Positions 1 to 11,779 of a DNA stretch of 64,000 bases are shown piece by piece. The stretch's first letter is position 1, and every line of letters begins with the position of its first letter. The notes below the pieces were generated by a model that saw nothing but the letters and a program-made list of their open reading frames with translations, was not told the origin of the DNA and ran no database searches. The position numbers were made by a program, and so were the translations under genes. The stretch is from Macrostomum lignano (taxonomy: Eukaryota), in assembly GCA_002269645.1 (NCBI GenBank), contig NIVC01000147.1:9570-73569 (forward strand), in the 5' to 3' direction.

Positions 1-270
1 AGCCTTGACATCTCAGGAATTCCCAGTAAGCCTTGACATCTCAGGAATTCCCAGTAAGCCTTGACATCTCAGGAATTCCCAGTAAGCCTTGACATCTCAG
101 GAATTCCCAGTAAGCCTTGACATCTCAGGAATTCCCAGTAAGCCTTGGCATCTCAGGAATTCCCAGTAAGCCTTGGCATCTCAGCATTTCCCAGTAAGCC
201 TTGACATCTCAGGAATTCCCAGTAAGCCTTGACATCTCAGCAATCCCCCCGTGAGCCTTGACATCTCAGC
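1..270. repeat. 28-bp minisatellite (AGCCTTGACATCTCAGGAATTCCCAGTA)n, running off the left edge of the window
   Basis: Units start at 1, 29, 57 and so on, and degenerate after about 230. A related motif occurs at about 50770 and 51157-51200. Confidence 0.95.
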
Positions 271-808
271 AATGGCCGTTTTGATTAGGGAATTTATGTG
301 GTGAAGCTGGGTTAGCTTGCGGCAACACTAAACAGTAACGGAGAGCAATAATAACTGATGGGCGAACCATTGCATCTTTGATAATAGAATGAGGATGAAG
401 CAGTGAGGAATTTGAGAAATAGTTGATTATATATATAAGATAGCTTAGTAACTGTGTATATCTATTTTTAGCGGCATTTATTAATTCTCTGTTGCCATCT
501 CATTGATACAGTTTTTGCTCCTCTTTGGCCATGTTTTTGCGCAACATCTGATGTCATCATTAAATTTTGTTTTCATTTTTCCCAGCTATTTTGTTAACCA
601 GCTATTTTTTTAAGAAAGTTCGTTTCTTTCGTTGACTTACTAATGCATACACGCACCTGCATGGATATAGATCGAATAATAGGTTACTCCCTTGTTAGTT
701 TTTCCTTGATTGAGGAGTTATACACTTGCGATAGTGATTACACCATCAAATAGACTGATTATCCATCTCCAATAGGTTAATCAATTATCTTCAATAGTGA
801 GTGATTGG

Positions 809-1603
809 TGATTATCCATCCCTGATAGTGAGTGATTATCCATCACTGATAGGGAGTGATTATTTATCCCTGAGAGTGATTATCCATCACTTAGAGAGTG
901 ATTATCCATCACTTAGAGAGTGATTATCCATCACTTAGAGAGTGATTATCCATCCCTGATAGTGAGTGATTATCCATCACTGATAGTGAGTGATTATCCA
1001 TCCCTGATAGTGAGTGATTATCCATCCCTGATAGTGAGTGATTATCCATCACTGATAGTGAGTGATTATCCATCACTGATAGTGAGTGATTATCCATCCC
1101 TGATAGTGAGTGATTATCCATCCCTGATAGTGAGTGATTATCCATCACTGAGAGAGTGATTCTCCATCACTGATAGTGAGTGATTATGCATCCCTGATAG
1201 TGAGTGATTATCCATCACTTAGAGAGTGATTATCCATCACTGAGAGAGTGATTTTCCATCCCTGATACTCGTAGTGAGTGATTATCCATCACTGAGAGAG
1301 TGATTCTCCATCACTGATAGTGAGTGATTATGCATCCCTGATAGTGAGTGATTATCCATCACTTAGAGAGTGATTATCCATCACTGAGAGAGTGATTTTC
1401 CATCCCTGATACTCGTAGTGAGTGATTATCCATCACTGATACTCGTAGTGAGTGATTATCCATCCCCGATAGTGAATGATTATCCATCCCTGATAGTGAG
1501 TGATTATCCATCACTGATAGTGAGTGATTATCCATCCCTGATAGTGAGTGATTATCTATCCCTGATAGTGAGTGATTATCTATCCCTGATAGTGAGTGAT
1601 TAT
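809..1603. repeat. 24-bp minisatellite (GTGAGTGATTATCCATC[A/C]CTGATA)n
   Basis: Direct tandem units. They explain the SDYPSLIV and MDNHSLSG pseudo-ORFs. Confidence 0.95.
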
Positions 1604-1653
1604 CAGACTCATTGCCAAGATAGAATGACCAGCCTCCTCTGACCCGGCGGCAG

Positions 1654-2604
1654 GAGATGCAGCAGTCTCAGTCGGACGCCGTGGCCGCCACTCTGACCTC
1701 TCTTCGCCTTCTCTTCGCCTGCCGAAGGTGCCTCTGCGCCTGCGGCGGCGGCAGCGGCGTTGGCGGTCCAGCCGAGCTGTTGCTCGACCGGCTTCAGGAG
1801 ATTTTCTCTGCCGCCTCCGACCGGCTGCAGCGGCTGGCCGACAATTCCCAGCAGCTGCGCAGCCGCGGCGGCTTTGGGCCGGGCGCGTCAGCCAAGAAAG
1901 CCGCCGCCGGACTCGTGCCGCCGCTCTGCCTGAAGCGGGAGATGCTGCACCTGCTGCGTCGCTCCATGCTGCGCTGCGGCAGCGGCGGCTCCGACCGCCT
2001 CCTTGGCGACTTCGGCGAGAGTCTGGACCGCCTGCTGCCGGACGATTTCAACGACGAATTCGGGGAGGACGAACTGAGCGCATTCAGCGACACCTCCTGC
2101 CTTAGCGGCGACGGCGGTGACAGCCTGGCTGCTCAGCTGGCCGAGCTGAGGATCGGCTTGGACGCTTGCCTCGTTGTCACCTCGCTGATGGCCGAGAGGG
2201 GCTCGAGTTGCGGCAGAGGCGGCGGCGGCGACTGTGGCGGCAGCGCCTGCGGCGGCGCTGGCGTTTGCGGCTGCTGCCTTCGCTGGTCGGCGCGAGCGGC
2301 GGATTTGGAGGCGGAGGCGGCGCAGCTGCGGGCCGGCCGGCCGGGCCGGTCGACGACGACAGCCGCCGATCCGAGCCGGGCCGTCCTGGCTGACGAGCTT
2401 CGGCAGCTCACGGACGACCTGCGGCGTCTTGTCGGCGTCCCGACTCCCTCCCTGGTCGGCAGTCGACGGGCGATGCCGCTGCCTCCGCCGCCCCCGCCGC
2501 TGCCGGCTCAGCTGCCGCCGCCGCTGCCACCGCGTCCTTGTCGGCGTTCCTCGACTAGCGTCCGTCGGCAGCGAGCCTGGGTTCGCGACTACACGGACGT
2601 TTGA
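1654..2604 (+). CDS. GC-rich ORF or terminal exon of an unidentified protein (helical Leu-rich segments, Pro-rich tail)
   Basis: 315-aa ORF from ATG 1657, preceded in frame by an acceptor-like GGCGGCAG|GAG (AG at 1652-1653). There is a sharp drop from GC-rich to AT-rich sequence after TGA 2604. No family recognised. Confidence 0.6.
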   Translation, partial: EMQQSQSDAVAATLTSLRLLFACRRCLCACGGGSGVGGPAELLLDRLQEIFSAASDRLQRLADNSQQLRSRGGFGPGASAKKAAAGLVPPLCLKREMLHLLRRSMLRCGSGGSDRLLGDFGESLDRLLPDDFNDEFGEDELSAFSDTSCLSGDGGDSLAAQLAELRIGLDACLVVTSLMAERGSSCGRGGGGDCGGSACGGAGVCGCCLRWSARAADLEAEAAQLRAGRPGRSTTTAADPSRAVLADELRQLTDDLRRLVGVPTPSLVGSRRAMPLPPPPPPLPAQLPPPLPPRPCRRSSTSVRRQRAWVRDYTDV

Positions 2605-3149
2605 GATCAGTCACTTGTATTCTAAATGAGCGCTCGCAATGTCTTCAACCCTAGTAGTATTTTTAATATCAGTCAGACGGCCTTATAATAGCTTTTTAAG
2701 TGTTTTTTTACAAAAAGTAATGATAAATCTTTCAGTTACTATCAGTAGAATAATAAAACATTTTTCTCTCGATTTTCTCTGATTTCTATTTTTTTCCGAT
2801 TATTAACGCACTCCTCACAAAATCTGCTTTTTATACGAGTACAAGAAATTCTTAAACTTTTTTTGTGTTCAATAGCATTTTTAGGCGCGTATTAATTCTT
2901 AATCTGATGCTTCCGCAAGCTCAACTTCCTGTGTTAAAGCTGGTTAATCTATTTTGAGCATTTGCAAGGTCTGGTGTTGCACCTAGCTAATATAATAGCA
3001 AGTCAGCTGACTGCCTGCTTTTTACTGATTTTTGGATTGAAGTGCTCTTTGAGTTCTTTCTCTTTGATTTCGGTATGAAGCTATTAGCATTAGTTACACA
3101 GCTCTGTCATAGATTTCATCTCATTTAGTTATAAGCTACTCATCTCATT

Positions 3150-3340
3150 TAGTTGGTCATTAGCTACTAGTCGAATTTGGTCATTAGCTACTAATCAAAA
3201 TCAGTCATTAGCTACCGGTAACACTTGGTCATTAGCTACTGATAAAAATCGGTCATTAGCTACTGGTAGAATTCGGTCATTAGCTACTGGTCAGATTTGG
3301 TCATTAGCTACTAATCAAATTTGGTCATTAGCTACTTATC
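3150..3340. repeat. Degenerate 23-25 bp tandem repeat with core GGTCATTAGCTACT
   Basis: About 8 copies of the core at roughly 24-bp spacing. Confidence 0.85.
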
Positions 3341-3478
3341 TTTGATCTAGTGGATCGCAGGCTACCCAATACCTTTCAATCAGAAGCAATTATCAGGTGC
3401 TTGGTCACCTGTAAATAAGTCGCAAGCCAGCCAAATGTTCCCAAACTTATCCCCGCAACCAACGCGCACCCTGTGCAG

Positions 3479-3880
3479 GCCGAGGTCGTGTCAGGTCGCG
3501 TCAAGAACGCCAGCGTGGTGAAGCCCATAGTCTATGGCAATTCCGCCCGTTTTCTCGGCCGGAAACGGGACGAAGACGGGCACACGCACGAGTGGACGGT
3601 GTACATCCGGCCAGCCGTGAACGACTGCATGTCCGCCTACGTGCGACACGTACAATTCAAGCTGCACGAGAGCTACGCCAACCCCGTGCGCACCGTGACG
3701 GAGCCGCCCTACGAACTCACCGAGACCGGCTGGGGCGAATTCGAACTGTCAATCAGGCTGGTCTGGCATGACCCAGCCGAGAAACCGGTGACCCTGTTTC
3801 ACTTGTTGAAACTGTTCGATCAACGGAATCCGGATGTCACCACTGGGAGGACGGCCTTGACAGTGAGTTGGTAGGCAGAG

Positions 3881-3917
<37 letters not shown>

Positions 3918-3944
3918 GGCTGACAAACAGACAGACAGACAGAT

Positions 3945-4013
<69 letters not shown>

Positions 4014-4522
4014 GGCAGATAGATACTAAGAAAGACATACAGACAGACAGACAGACAGGCAGATAGATACTAAGAAAGACAGACAGACAGACAGACAGGC
4101 TGACAGACACTAATACAGACAGACAGACAGAGAGACAGACAAACTGAGACAGACAGACAGACAGACAGACTCACAAACACGAGACAAACAGACAGACAGG
4201 TACAGAAAGCCTCCCGCCCGCACGCCAGGTGGAGCTCTACGATGAGCTGGTGTTCAACGAGCCGACCAAGGCCACGTACGACCTGCTGACTGCGCCGCGC
4301 CTCTGCCGCTCCGACCGACACTGGGGCAGCGCCGTCGGTGTTGACTACGCGGCTAAAAAGCTGCGCGACCTTGAAATGGTCCGCTCCGGCCGGCGGGAGC
4401 TCAAGGCCGAGCTGGACCTGCTCAAGGATGTCATTCGGAAGCGGCGGGATGCGGCTGACCGGCTCAAGGCCATGGTGGCCCGGCTGGAGGGCGCCGCTTC
4501 CGCCGCTGCCGGCGCTGACTGA
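3479..4522 (+). CDS. YEATS4: YEATS domain-containing protein 4 (GAS41); exons 3479-3862 and 4229-4522; start exon not identified
   Basis: Sequence reads [57 protein letters not shown]. The phase-0 GTGAGT..CAG intron (3863-4228) joins TALT|[12 protein letters not shown], matching the GAS41 pattern, and is followed by a C-terminal coiled coil. The two exons give 225 aa. Confidence 0.93.
3880..4200. repeat. (ACAG)n microsatellite in the YEATS4 intron
   Basis: Directly visible. Confidence 0.95.
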
Positions 4523-4562
4523 CAGCCGACTTTGAGCCTGGGATTCGCCTTGAACCTGCCTC

Positions 4563-5170
4563 TGTCTGTCACTCCTTACCCTTGTGTGTCTGTCACTCCT
4601 TACCCATGTGTGTCTGTCACTCCTTACCCTTGTGTGTCTGTCACTCCTTATCCTTGTGTGTCTGTCACTCCTTACCCTTGTGTGTCTGTCACTCCTTACC
4701 CATGTGTGTCTGTCACTCCTTACCCCTGTGTGCCTGTCACTCCTTACCCCTGTGTGTCTGTCACTATTACCCCTGTGTGCCTGTCACTCCTTACCCTTGT
4801 GTGTCTGTCACTCCTTACCCTTGTGTGTCTGTCACTCCTTACCCTTGTGTGTCTGTCACTCCTTACCCATGTGTGTCTGTCACTCCTTACCCCTGTGTGC
4901 CTGTCACTCCTTACCCCTGTGTGTCTGTCACTATTACCCCTGTGTGCCTGTCACTCCTTACCCCTGTGTGCCTGTCACTCCTTACCCCTGTGTGTCTGTC
5001 ACTCCTTACCCCTGTGTGCCTGTCACTCCTTACCCCTGTGTGCCTGTCACTCCTTACCCCTGTGTGCCTGTCACTCCTTACCCCTGTGTGTCTGTCACTA
5101 TTACCCCTGTGTGCCTGTCACTCCTTACCCCTGTGTCTGTCACTCCTTACCCCTGTGTGCCTGTCACTCT
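4563..5170. repeat. 24-bp minisatellite (CTGTCACTCCTTACCC[C/T]TGTGTG[T/C])n just 3' of YEATS4
   Basis: Tandem units with occasional 23-bp variants. Confidence 0.95.
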
Positions 5171-6124
5171 AATTCCTTGTGCTCTCCAACTGGTAATCAT
5201 TGCGAATTCCCACCAGCATTTGTCTTAAATATTCGTAATCGACTCAAATCTTATTAATATTGCAGTGTAAATAAATACAAGCTGTGTATTATAAATATTA
5301 GTTTCAATTAACTCTGGTGAAAATAAAAAGATCCTATTGATTCGCCTTAATTATTTTCCCCGAATAATCGCTCTGACTGGCTGTGTGGAAATGCAGATTG
5401 CGGGATTTGAGACCCCTATGACGAGGCACGGGGAGTCTTCGAGTCCGCTAATCGATTTTCCTTGTGTCGCCGCGAGGAACGCGACCGGGATTCGAGCCCC
5501 AAGTCAGCGCAGCTCCATTCGCCTTATCAATTGTGTTCTGCATTTTTCCTTCTCCTCGCCGACTTTGCTGATCCTCTGCAATGCTTTGAGTCGCTAACGC
5601 GGCCCCAGCCCCAGCTGATGGCCGATCGATGTCGCTCCTCAGATTTTTAATTGCCCGCCGGCCTTGGTGGCCTGGGAATGGAATAATGCAGGAAGAACTC
5701 CTCCCCTGGGACTTGGGGGCTTCTGTCAGAGCGCCTCTGGCTGCTGCATATAAGATATATATATGGCACAAGTGAGCCGTCCGGAAGTCGCTACTTCATT
5801 TCTTCGGTCTCTCCTTTCTCCATATTTTTGACGCCCCGATTCAGTCCGCGAATGAAGCCTGGCTTTGGTGAGCGCTTTAATATTGCTTAATACTGTTCTG
5901 AAAGCTTAGATCCTCATCTGACACTTGTAAATCCCTGAGCTTGAATTCAGATTTCTTTGAGCAGCTTTGCAAAGACCATCTCAGATTCGTTTGGGTCCTG
6001 GATTTCTAATTCCCTTCAGTAATTTTCTTTAGGTTTAGAGCATTATTTGCTTGGTATGCTACTGCTGAGTAGCTTCCGTGACATTTTCTACTTTCTAATA
6101 ATCGCAATATCCTAAGCTCCGCAG

Positions 6125-6351
6125 GATAATTTCTGAATCCCCCGAAATCCCATTAGCGAAGTCGCGCCAGTCGCGCCGCGCCGGCCTGGTGGCGAAGTGG
6201 CGCCGTCGCCGACTGCTGGCGCTGCCGGGGGCTGGGCGCCGGCGCCGCGAGGCAGGACTTTGCCGCGTTGGCTGGAGCCGCTGCAGCTCTGGGGCCTTCG
6301 GCGGCGGCGGCATCGTGTGCTGCGTGCTGATGCTGAGTGCTGCCGACTGCG
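6125..6351 (+). CDS. Possible orphan internal exon (GC-rich island)
   Basis: Acceptor CTCCGCAG| at 6124 and donor |GTGAGC at 6352, with one open frame. The strand is uncertain because the minus strand is also open. Confidence 0.25.
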
Positions 6352-6509
6352 GTGAGCCTTTCAGAATTTCGGAAGTTAATCTGGGTGGGACTGCAGGGAG
6401 GCCGCGAACTGATGCAAGTAGCGCCATGTGAGTCCAGTAATTGCTGTGAGTGACACCGCACACGGCAGAAGTCTGACCCTGTCTGACACTTATCTGATAG
6501 CATGTGAAA

Positions 6510-6995
6510 CTCATCTCATGACACTCATATGACACCATCTGACACTGTATGACACTCATTTGACACTGTACGAATATGACACTCATCTCATAATACCCAT
6601 CTGACCCTATATGACACCCATCTGGCGCCATATGACACTCATCTGACACCATATATGACACTCATCTCATGACACTCATCTGACACCATATGACAATTAT
6701 CTGACATCTCATGACACTCATCTGACACCATATGACACTCATCTGACACCATATGAAACTCATCTGACATCTCATGACACTCATCTGACACCATATGACA
6801 CTCATCTCATAACACCCATCTGCCCCCATATGACACCCATCTCATAACACCCATCTGCCCCCATATGACACTCATCTCATAACACCCATCTGCCCCCATA
6901 TGACACTCATCTCATAATACCCATCTGCCTCCATATGACACCCATCTCATAATACCCATCTGCCCCCATATGACACTCATCTCATAACACTATCG
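6510..6995. repeat. Minisatellite built from ATGACACTCATCTGACACCAT (about 21 bp) and longer derived units
   Basis: Directly visible tandem units. Confidence 0.9.
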
Positions 6996-8960
6996 CACTT
7001 CTCATCTCATGGCACCAAATGAGAGCCGTCCGAAAACCTTTTTTACATTACGAGCTAAGACGCGGGAATTAGCCCCCCCCTTATTAAATGCTTTCACACA
7101 AATTTTGAGCCGAAAATTTCGGTACTGGCGTTATTATCTTTCAAAGACTGGCTTTTAAGATTTTGATTCCATATATTTTATATTTTTATCCATCTTATCC
7201 AGCGGCATTAGATCGGGATTGGGACCCAGCCGTCTCGGAATGTCGGCCTGCTTCTTCCCCTTGCCCGAAGGGAAATCCCAAAGCAGAGTAGAGGCAAAGA
7301 GGAGAGAGGGGAGTAATTGAGTTTTCCGCTTCCTCCATCACTTTGCCTGCCTGCGCGGCCCCTTTGCTGTCTCACTACAGCAGCGTTCTTAGTCACCGCC
7401 TCCTTCGCTCCGCAGGATCCCAGATCTGGGAATGGGGGGGCGGCTCCTCATCAACTGCGGTCCAGCTGCCGCAGACTCTTCATCCGGGCAGGGCGAGGCG
7501 TCTCACCTTTTCACACGACTTCTTGGAGAGCGCCATCTGGAGTAGCCGCCTCAGACTCTGACGTGGTCGAATGTCCCTGCCCAGTGCGCACTGTGTGGGA
7601 GACTTTCTCTGCTGCGATGACGTAATCTCAGATTGCCCCCCTGCACTGGGGAGGCTTGTGCGTGGGACAGGGAGGAGGGTAGGGTAGGTTCTCCGGCTCG
7701 ATTTTGGGGATGAAGCTCATACATCCAGCCTCCCAGTTTATTTAAGCCCATCATCTCATTAGTATTCGCTGCTTGGGTATTAATAAAAAAATCAAAGCGA
7801 TTCGAAAAAAAATCCAAAAATCCAAAAGGTTGGATTCCAAAATCCAACCCCTAACTTTGGGGAGCAGAGAAGGTCAATCCCAAAATCCCACACCTAATTT
7901 TGGGGAACAGGGAAGGTCAATCCAAAATCCCACTCCTAGCACATACGTGTACTGTCTCTATAAACTTGTTGAGCCTCTGTGTACAACTTCGTACATTCAG
8001 CCAGAAACAGACGAGCTTTTTCTATACCGCACAATGGGTTGCTTACCCAGTAGTCTGTAAAAACTCTTTAAATATGTCAACTAGGATTCTGACACAGGTG
8101 CGGCTTGTTCCGCTGTTCCCCTCTCCCTCCAGTCCTCTCTGTGTTCACCTTCACCCAGACCCCCCCAGCCCAGCGCACTGTGCAGCGGAGAGAGGGGCAC
8201 GGGAGAGAGCAGGGAATCTACGAAGGCAGGGGAATTCACGCTCCGGCAATCCCGGGTCCGCTGCGGGAGGAAGCCGTGAGGGGGGGCAGGCGCGAACGCT
8301 GCAATAGGGGATGAAATGGAAGGGGAAGAGAGAAGAGGCAGATGGGATTATAGGGGCTCACCCTCCTCCTCTTCCTCTCTCCCTCTTCTTCTCTGGCTTC
8401 CCCATCGATCAGAGGGGAATTAGTGGGCGAGGCTTCCCAGCGGAGGGGGAGTCGGACCGCGCGCGGCAGAACGCGGCGCTCTGACCAGCCCTGGGGATCG
8501 CGAACGGCCTAATCCCCGAACGTTGGAGCTGAGCAGAGGGAGGAAATGCGGAGAGGAGGGGGGAGGGGCGGCGTGGGTGCGCGCACTGCAGGGAGCGGTG
8601 CAAGCTTAAGGGGGGCCTCGGCGTGGGGCTGTCGCTGCGGGACAAGCTGCCAGAACCCTGCAGCGAGACAGAAATAGAGCCAGGCAGAGTAAGAAAAAGT
8701 AAAGGCGACAGTCAAGGCCCAGAGAGGCTCAGCCGGTGGGCATAAAAAACCGCAGTTGTTCAGGCATGTCACAGCGCTGAAGTCTGCATTCCGTGAAGAT
8801 CAGAATTCTCATAGCTGGCCAAGCAAGGGCTGCTTCTGCAATTGAAACACAGGGGAAGCAGTTTTATAAAGTTCTGAGTGAGCCGTCTTGAGCTTTGCTG
8901 TCTCTCCTTCTCCCGACATCGCCAGCTTCCTGGAGGCGAAGGTGTCGGCCGCAGTTCGGC

Positions 8961-9629
8961 ATGGGCAACCAGCAGGCGAACAGCGACCGTCAGGGCCAGC
9001 AGCCGCTGCCAGCGCCATCGCAGCAGCAGCAGCAGCATCGTCGGAAGCGTCGATTCAAAGCAAAATCGGACGACTCGGCGAATCATTTGACGTCGATATC
9101 GGCGACTGGCGCGGCTGAGCCCTCGGTTCAACGCCTGCACCGCCAGCTGTGGTGGAGCCGGACGCCGAGGCGGATGCGGACGCTGCCGAGGTGGCCGAGC
9201 CGGGCCTGTCCAGGAGAGATGAAGGCTCCACCTCGGCGGCCTACATGTACAAGCTGCTGCCTCCGCCGGACGAAGAATCGGCCACTTTCGGTGGAGGAGG
9301 GGGCGGCGGCCTCGGCGGGATGAAGCGCTCTCCAGCCTTTGACGCCGACGTCAGCGAGCTGCCCAGCAAGACGGACGAGCAGATCCGCTGCCTGGTGGCC
9401 CGGACAGCCGCCTGCTGCGTTGTCAATGACGACCACATGTTCCCCGACTCCGTCACCCCGTGCAAAGTCGACGGCCGACTGTCGGTCGATTACGACGTGC
9501 CCTACATTGACGACGACTTTTTCATCTTCGACGAATGGTACATCACCGATGACAAGCGCTGGTCCTGCCTGCGGCGGGCGGAGCTGCCCCGCCTGGCCGA
9601 GTGCGAGGACAGCCGGGTCACCGAGTCCG
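8961..9629 (+). CDS. First coding exon of an unidentified gene (MGNQQ... start), with one frame break near 9116-9149
   Basis: ATG at 8961. The Q-rich N-terminus is in one frame and an acidic, globular-looking segment (DDDFFIFDEWYITDDKRW) is in another. Donor G|GTGAGC at 9630. GC-rich, codon-like composition. Confidence 0.55.
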
Positions 9630-9796
9630 GTGAGCTGGGGCCCGGATCTCTGCAGAAGTCTTCTTGGGGATCATTGTTGCGTTTTTATCTGAAATTTTCA
9701 AGGAATAAAATACCAAGGGGTGTCATTTTGGAGCTTTTATACTTCGACCAATTTCAAGAAACAGAGTGTCCCGTACTTCTGGTAGTCCTTGGCAAG

Positions 9797-10677
9797 GGGG
9801 CCCATCACAAGCTCGAAAAATCGCATCGTCGAAAAGCATCCACCATCACAAGCTCGAAAAATCATAAGCTCGAAAAATCACATCGTCGAAAAGCATCCAC
9901 CATCACAAGCTCGAAAAATCATAAGCTCGAAAAATCACATCGTCGAAAAGCAACCACCATCACAAGCTCGAAAAATCATAAGCTCGAAAAATCACATCGT
10001 CGAAAACTGATTTAGCAACCACCATCACAAGCTCGAAAAGTCATAAGCTCGAAAAGTCATAAGCTCGAAAAGTCATAAGCTCGAAAAATCATATCGTCGA
10101 AAAGTCTAGCAACCACCATCATAAGCTCAAAAATTCACAAGCTCGAAAAGTCACGTTGTCGAAAAGGTTAGCAACCACCATCACAAGCTTGAATAGGGTT
10201 GGGGTTAGAGCTTGTGCCTTAAGGTTAGGGTTAGGTTAGGGTTGGGGTTAGGGTTATGGTTCAGGGTTAGGCTAGGGTACTGGTGCCTTAGGGTTAGGGT
10301 TAGTGCCTTGGGGTTAGGGTTAGAGCTTGTGCCTTTTCGAGCTTGTGAGGGCTAAACTTTTCGACGATGTGATGGTGGCTGCTAAATCAGTTTTCGACGA
10401 TGTGATTTTTCGAGCTTATGACTTTTCGAGCTTGTGATGGTGGTTGCTAAAATTTTCGACGTTATGATTTTTTGAGCTTATGACTTTTCGAGCTTGTGAT
10501 GGTGGTTGCTAAAATTTTCGACGTTATGATTTTTTGAGCTTATGACTTTTCGAGCTTGTGATGGTGGCTGCTAAATCAGTTTTCGACGATGTGATTTTTC
10601 GAGCTTGTGACTTTTCCAGCTTGTGATGGAGCCTTGTTTTCGACGATGTGATTTTTCGAGCTTATGATGGCGACCCC
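9797..10677. mobile_element. Foldback-like non-autonomous TIR element with a telomere-like core
   Basis: Inverted arms of about 350-390 bp made of TCA[C/T]AAGCTCGAAAA and TCACATCGTCGAAAA modules. Ends are GGGG..CCCC. A direct TTGGCAAG repeat flanks it (9789-9796 and 10678-10685). Degenerate TTAGGG lies at 10191-10321. Confidence 0.88.
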
Positions 10678-10789
10678 TTGGCAAGACCTTCCCCAAAACC
10701 CGAATTTCGAATACCAAATCCCAATTTTATAATTATAATAACTTCTAAACACTAAAATCTAAACAACTTCTAAACAACTTCTAAACAAC

Positions 10790-11062
10790 TTATGATGTGG
10801 TAGTCTATGGTGTGGTAGCTTAGCTTATGATGTGGTAGTGTATGGTGTGGTAGCTTAGCTTATGATGTGGTAGTCTATGGTGTGGTAGCTTAGCTTATGA
10901 TGTGGTAGTCTATGGTGTGGTAGCTTAGCTTATGATGTGGTAGTCTATGGTGTGGTAGCTTAGCTTATGATGTGGTAGTCTATGGTGTGGTAGCTCAGCT
11001 TATGATGTGGTAGTCTATGGTGTGGTAGCTCAGCTTATGATGCGGTAGTCTATGGTGTGGTA
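10790..11062. repeat. 35-bp minisatellite (AGCTTAGCTTATGATGTGGTAGTCTATGGTGTGGT)n
   Basis: Tandem units, followed by a roughly 110-bp tail that is also found at 12474-12583. Confidence 0.92.
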
Positions 11063-11779
11063 GTGTGGGGTGGGGTGTCTATGGGGTTAAGACGCGTCAT
11101 TCTATTGAGGTAGTGTATGAGCGGTACGGCTATAGTGTAACTTATTCGGTCGCGGTTCCAATTCCTACTGCCAATTCTTACTTCCTACTGTCAATTCCTA
11201 CTGCCAACACTTTAAGCGGATGTCTCTTCAGAAGGACTTCTGCATGAACCAAGCGATTGTAAGCAATAAACCAAGTCTCAAGTCTAGACTGAAACTTTTC
11301 CTCTCAACCTTATGCTGGCACCCTCGCTTAGCAACTGGCTTGTCAAAATTAATCACACCTCAAACAGGGTTTTCCCATCGTTCCTAAAAATGCGGATTTG
11401 CGATGCGCTGCGATGGCGCTGGGCAGGGCCGACGCCCCGGATAAACACTGACCAGGCCGCCAAGGCTTAATCCCTCCGCCTCTAGCTGTAGCTGGGCCCA
11501 CAGTTTCTTCCCGGTACCTACTGATGGGAGATTTCTCCCACGCTTTGGGTGCGGGGGTGGGAGACCGGGAGAGAATCTGATGCGGCTGGCTGTGGTTTCC
11601 CGATCCTCCGTTGCTAGGGGGGGGGGGGGTACTGGCCCGATTCGTGATCTGATTATCGATCAGGCTGATTTTGTTGATGGCTTTTTCTGTATCAGAGTTT
11701 GTTATCCTTTTCCCTGTAGATTAGTTGCTGAGAGTCGGCGTGTTAAGAATCGAACTCGCCGTTGGCTGTTTGCAGTGTG

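Noticed and set aside
5460-5560. tRNA B-box-like GGGGCTCGAATCCCG on the minus strand
   Set aside because: No A box or cloverleaf could be formed.
9116-9118. Selenocysteine interpretation of the in-frame TGA
   Set aside because: No SECIS identified, no redox motif context, and the upstream part of that frame has no ATG. A single indel explains the data more simply.
9630-10015. Extension of the 9149 ORF with KHKLEKSHRRK repeats
   Set aside because: This is read-through past a splice donor into the left arm of the foldback element.
10191-10321. True telomere or chromosome fusion site
   Set aside because: The tract is short, degenerate, in one orientation only, and lies inside a TSD-flanked element.
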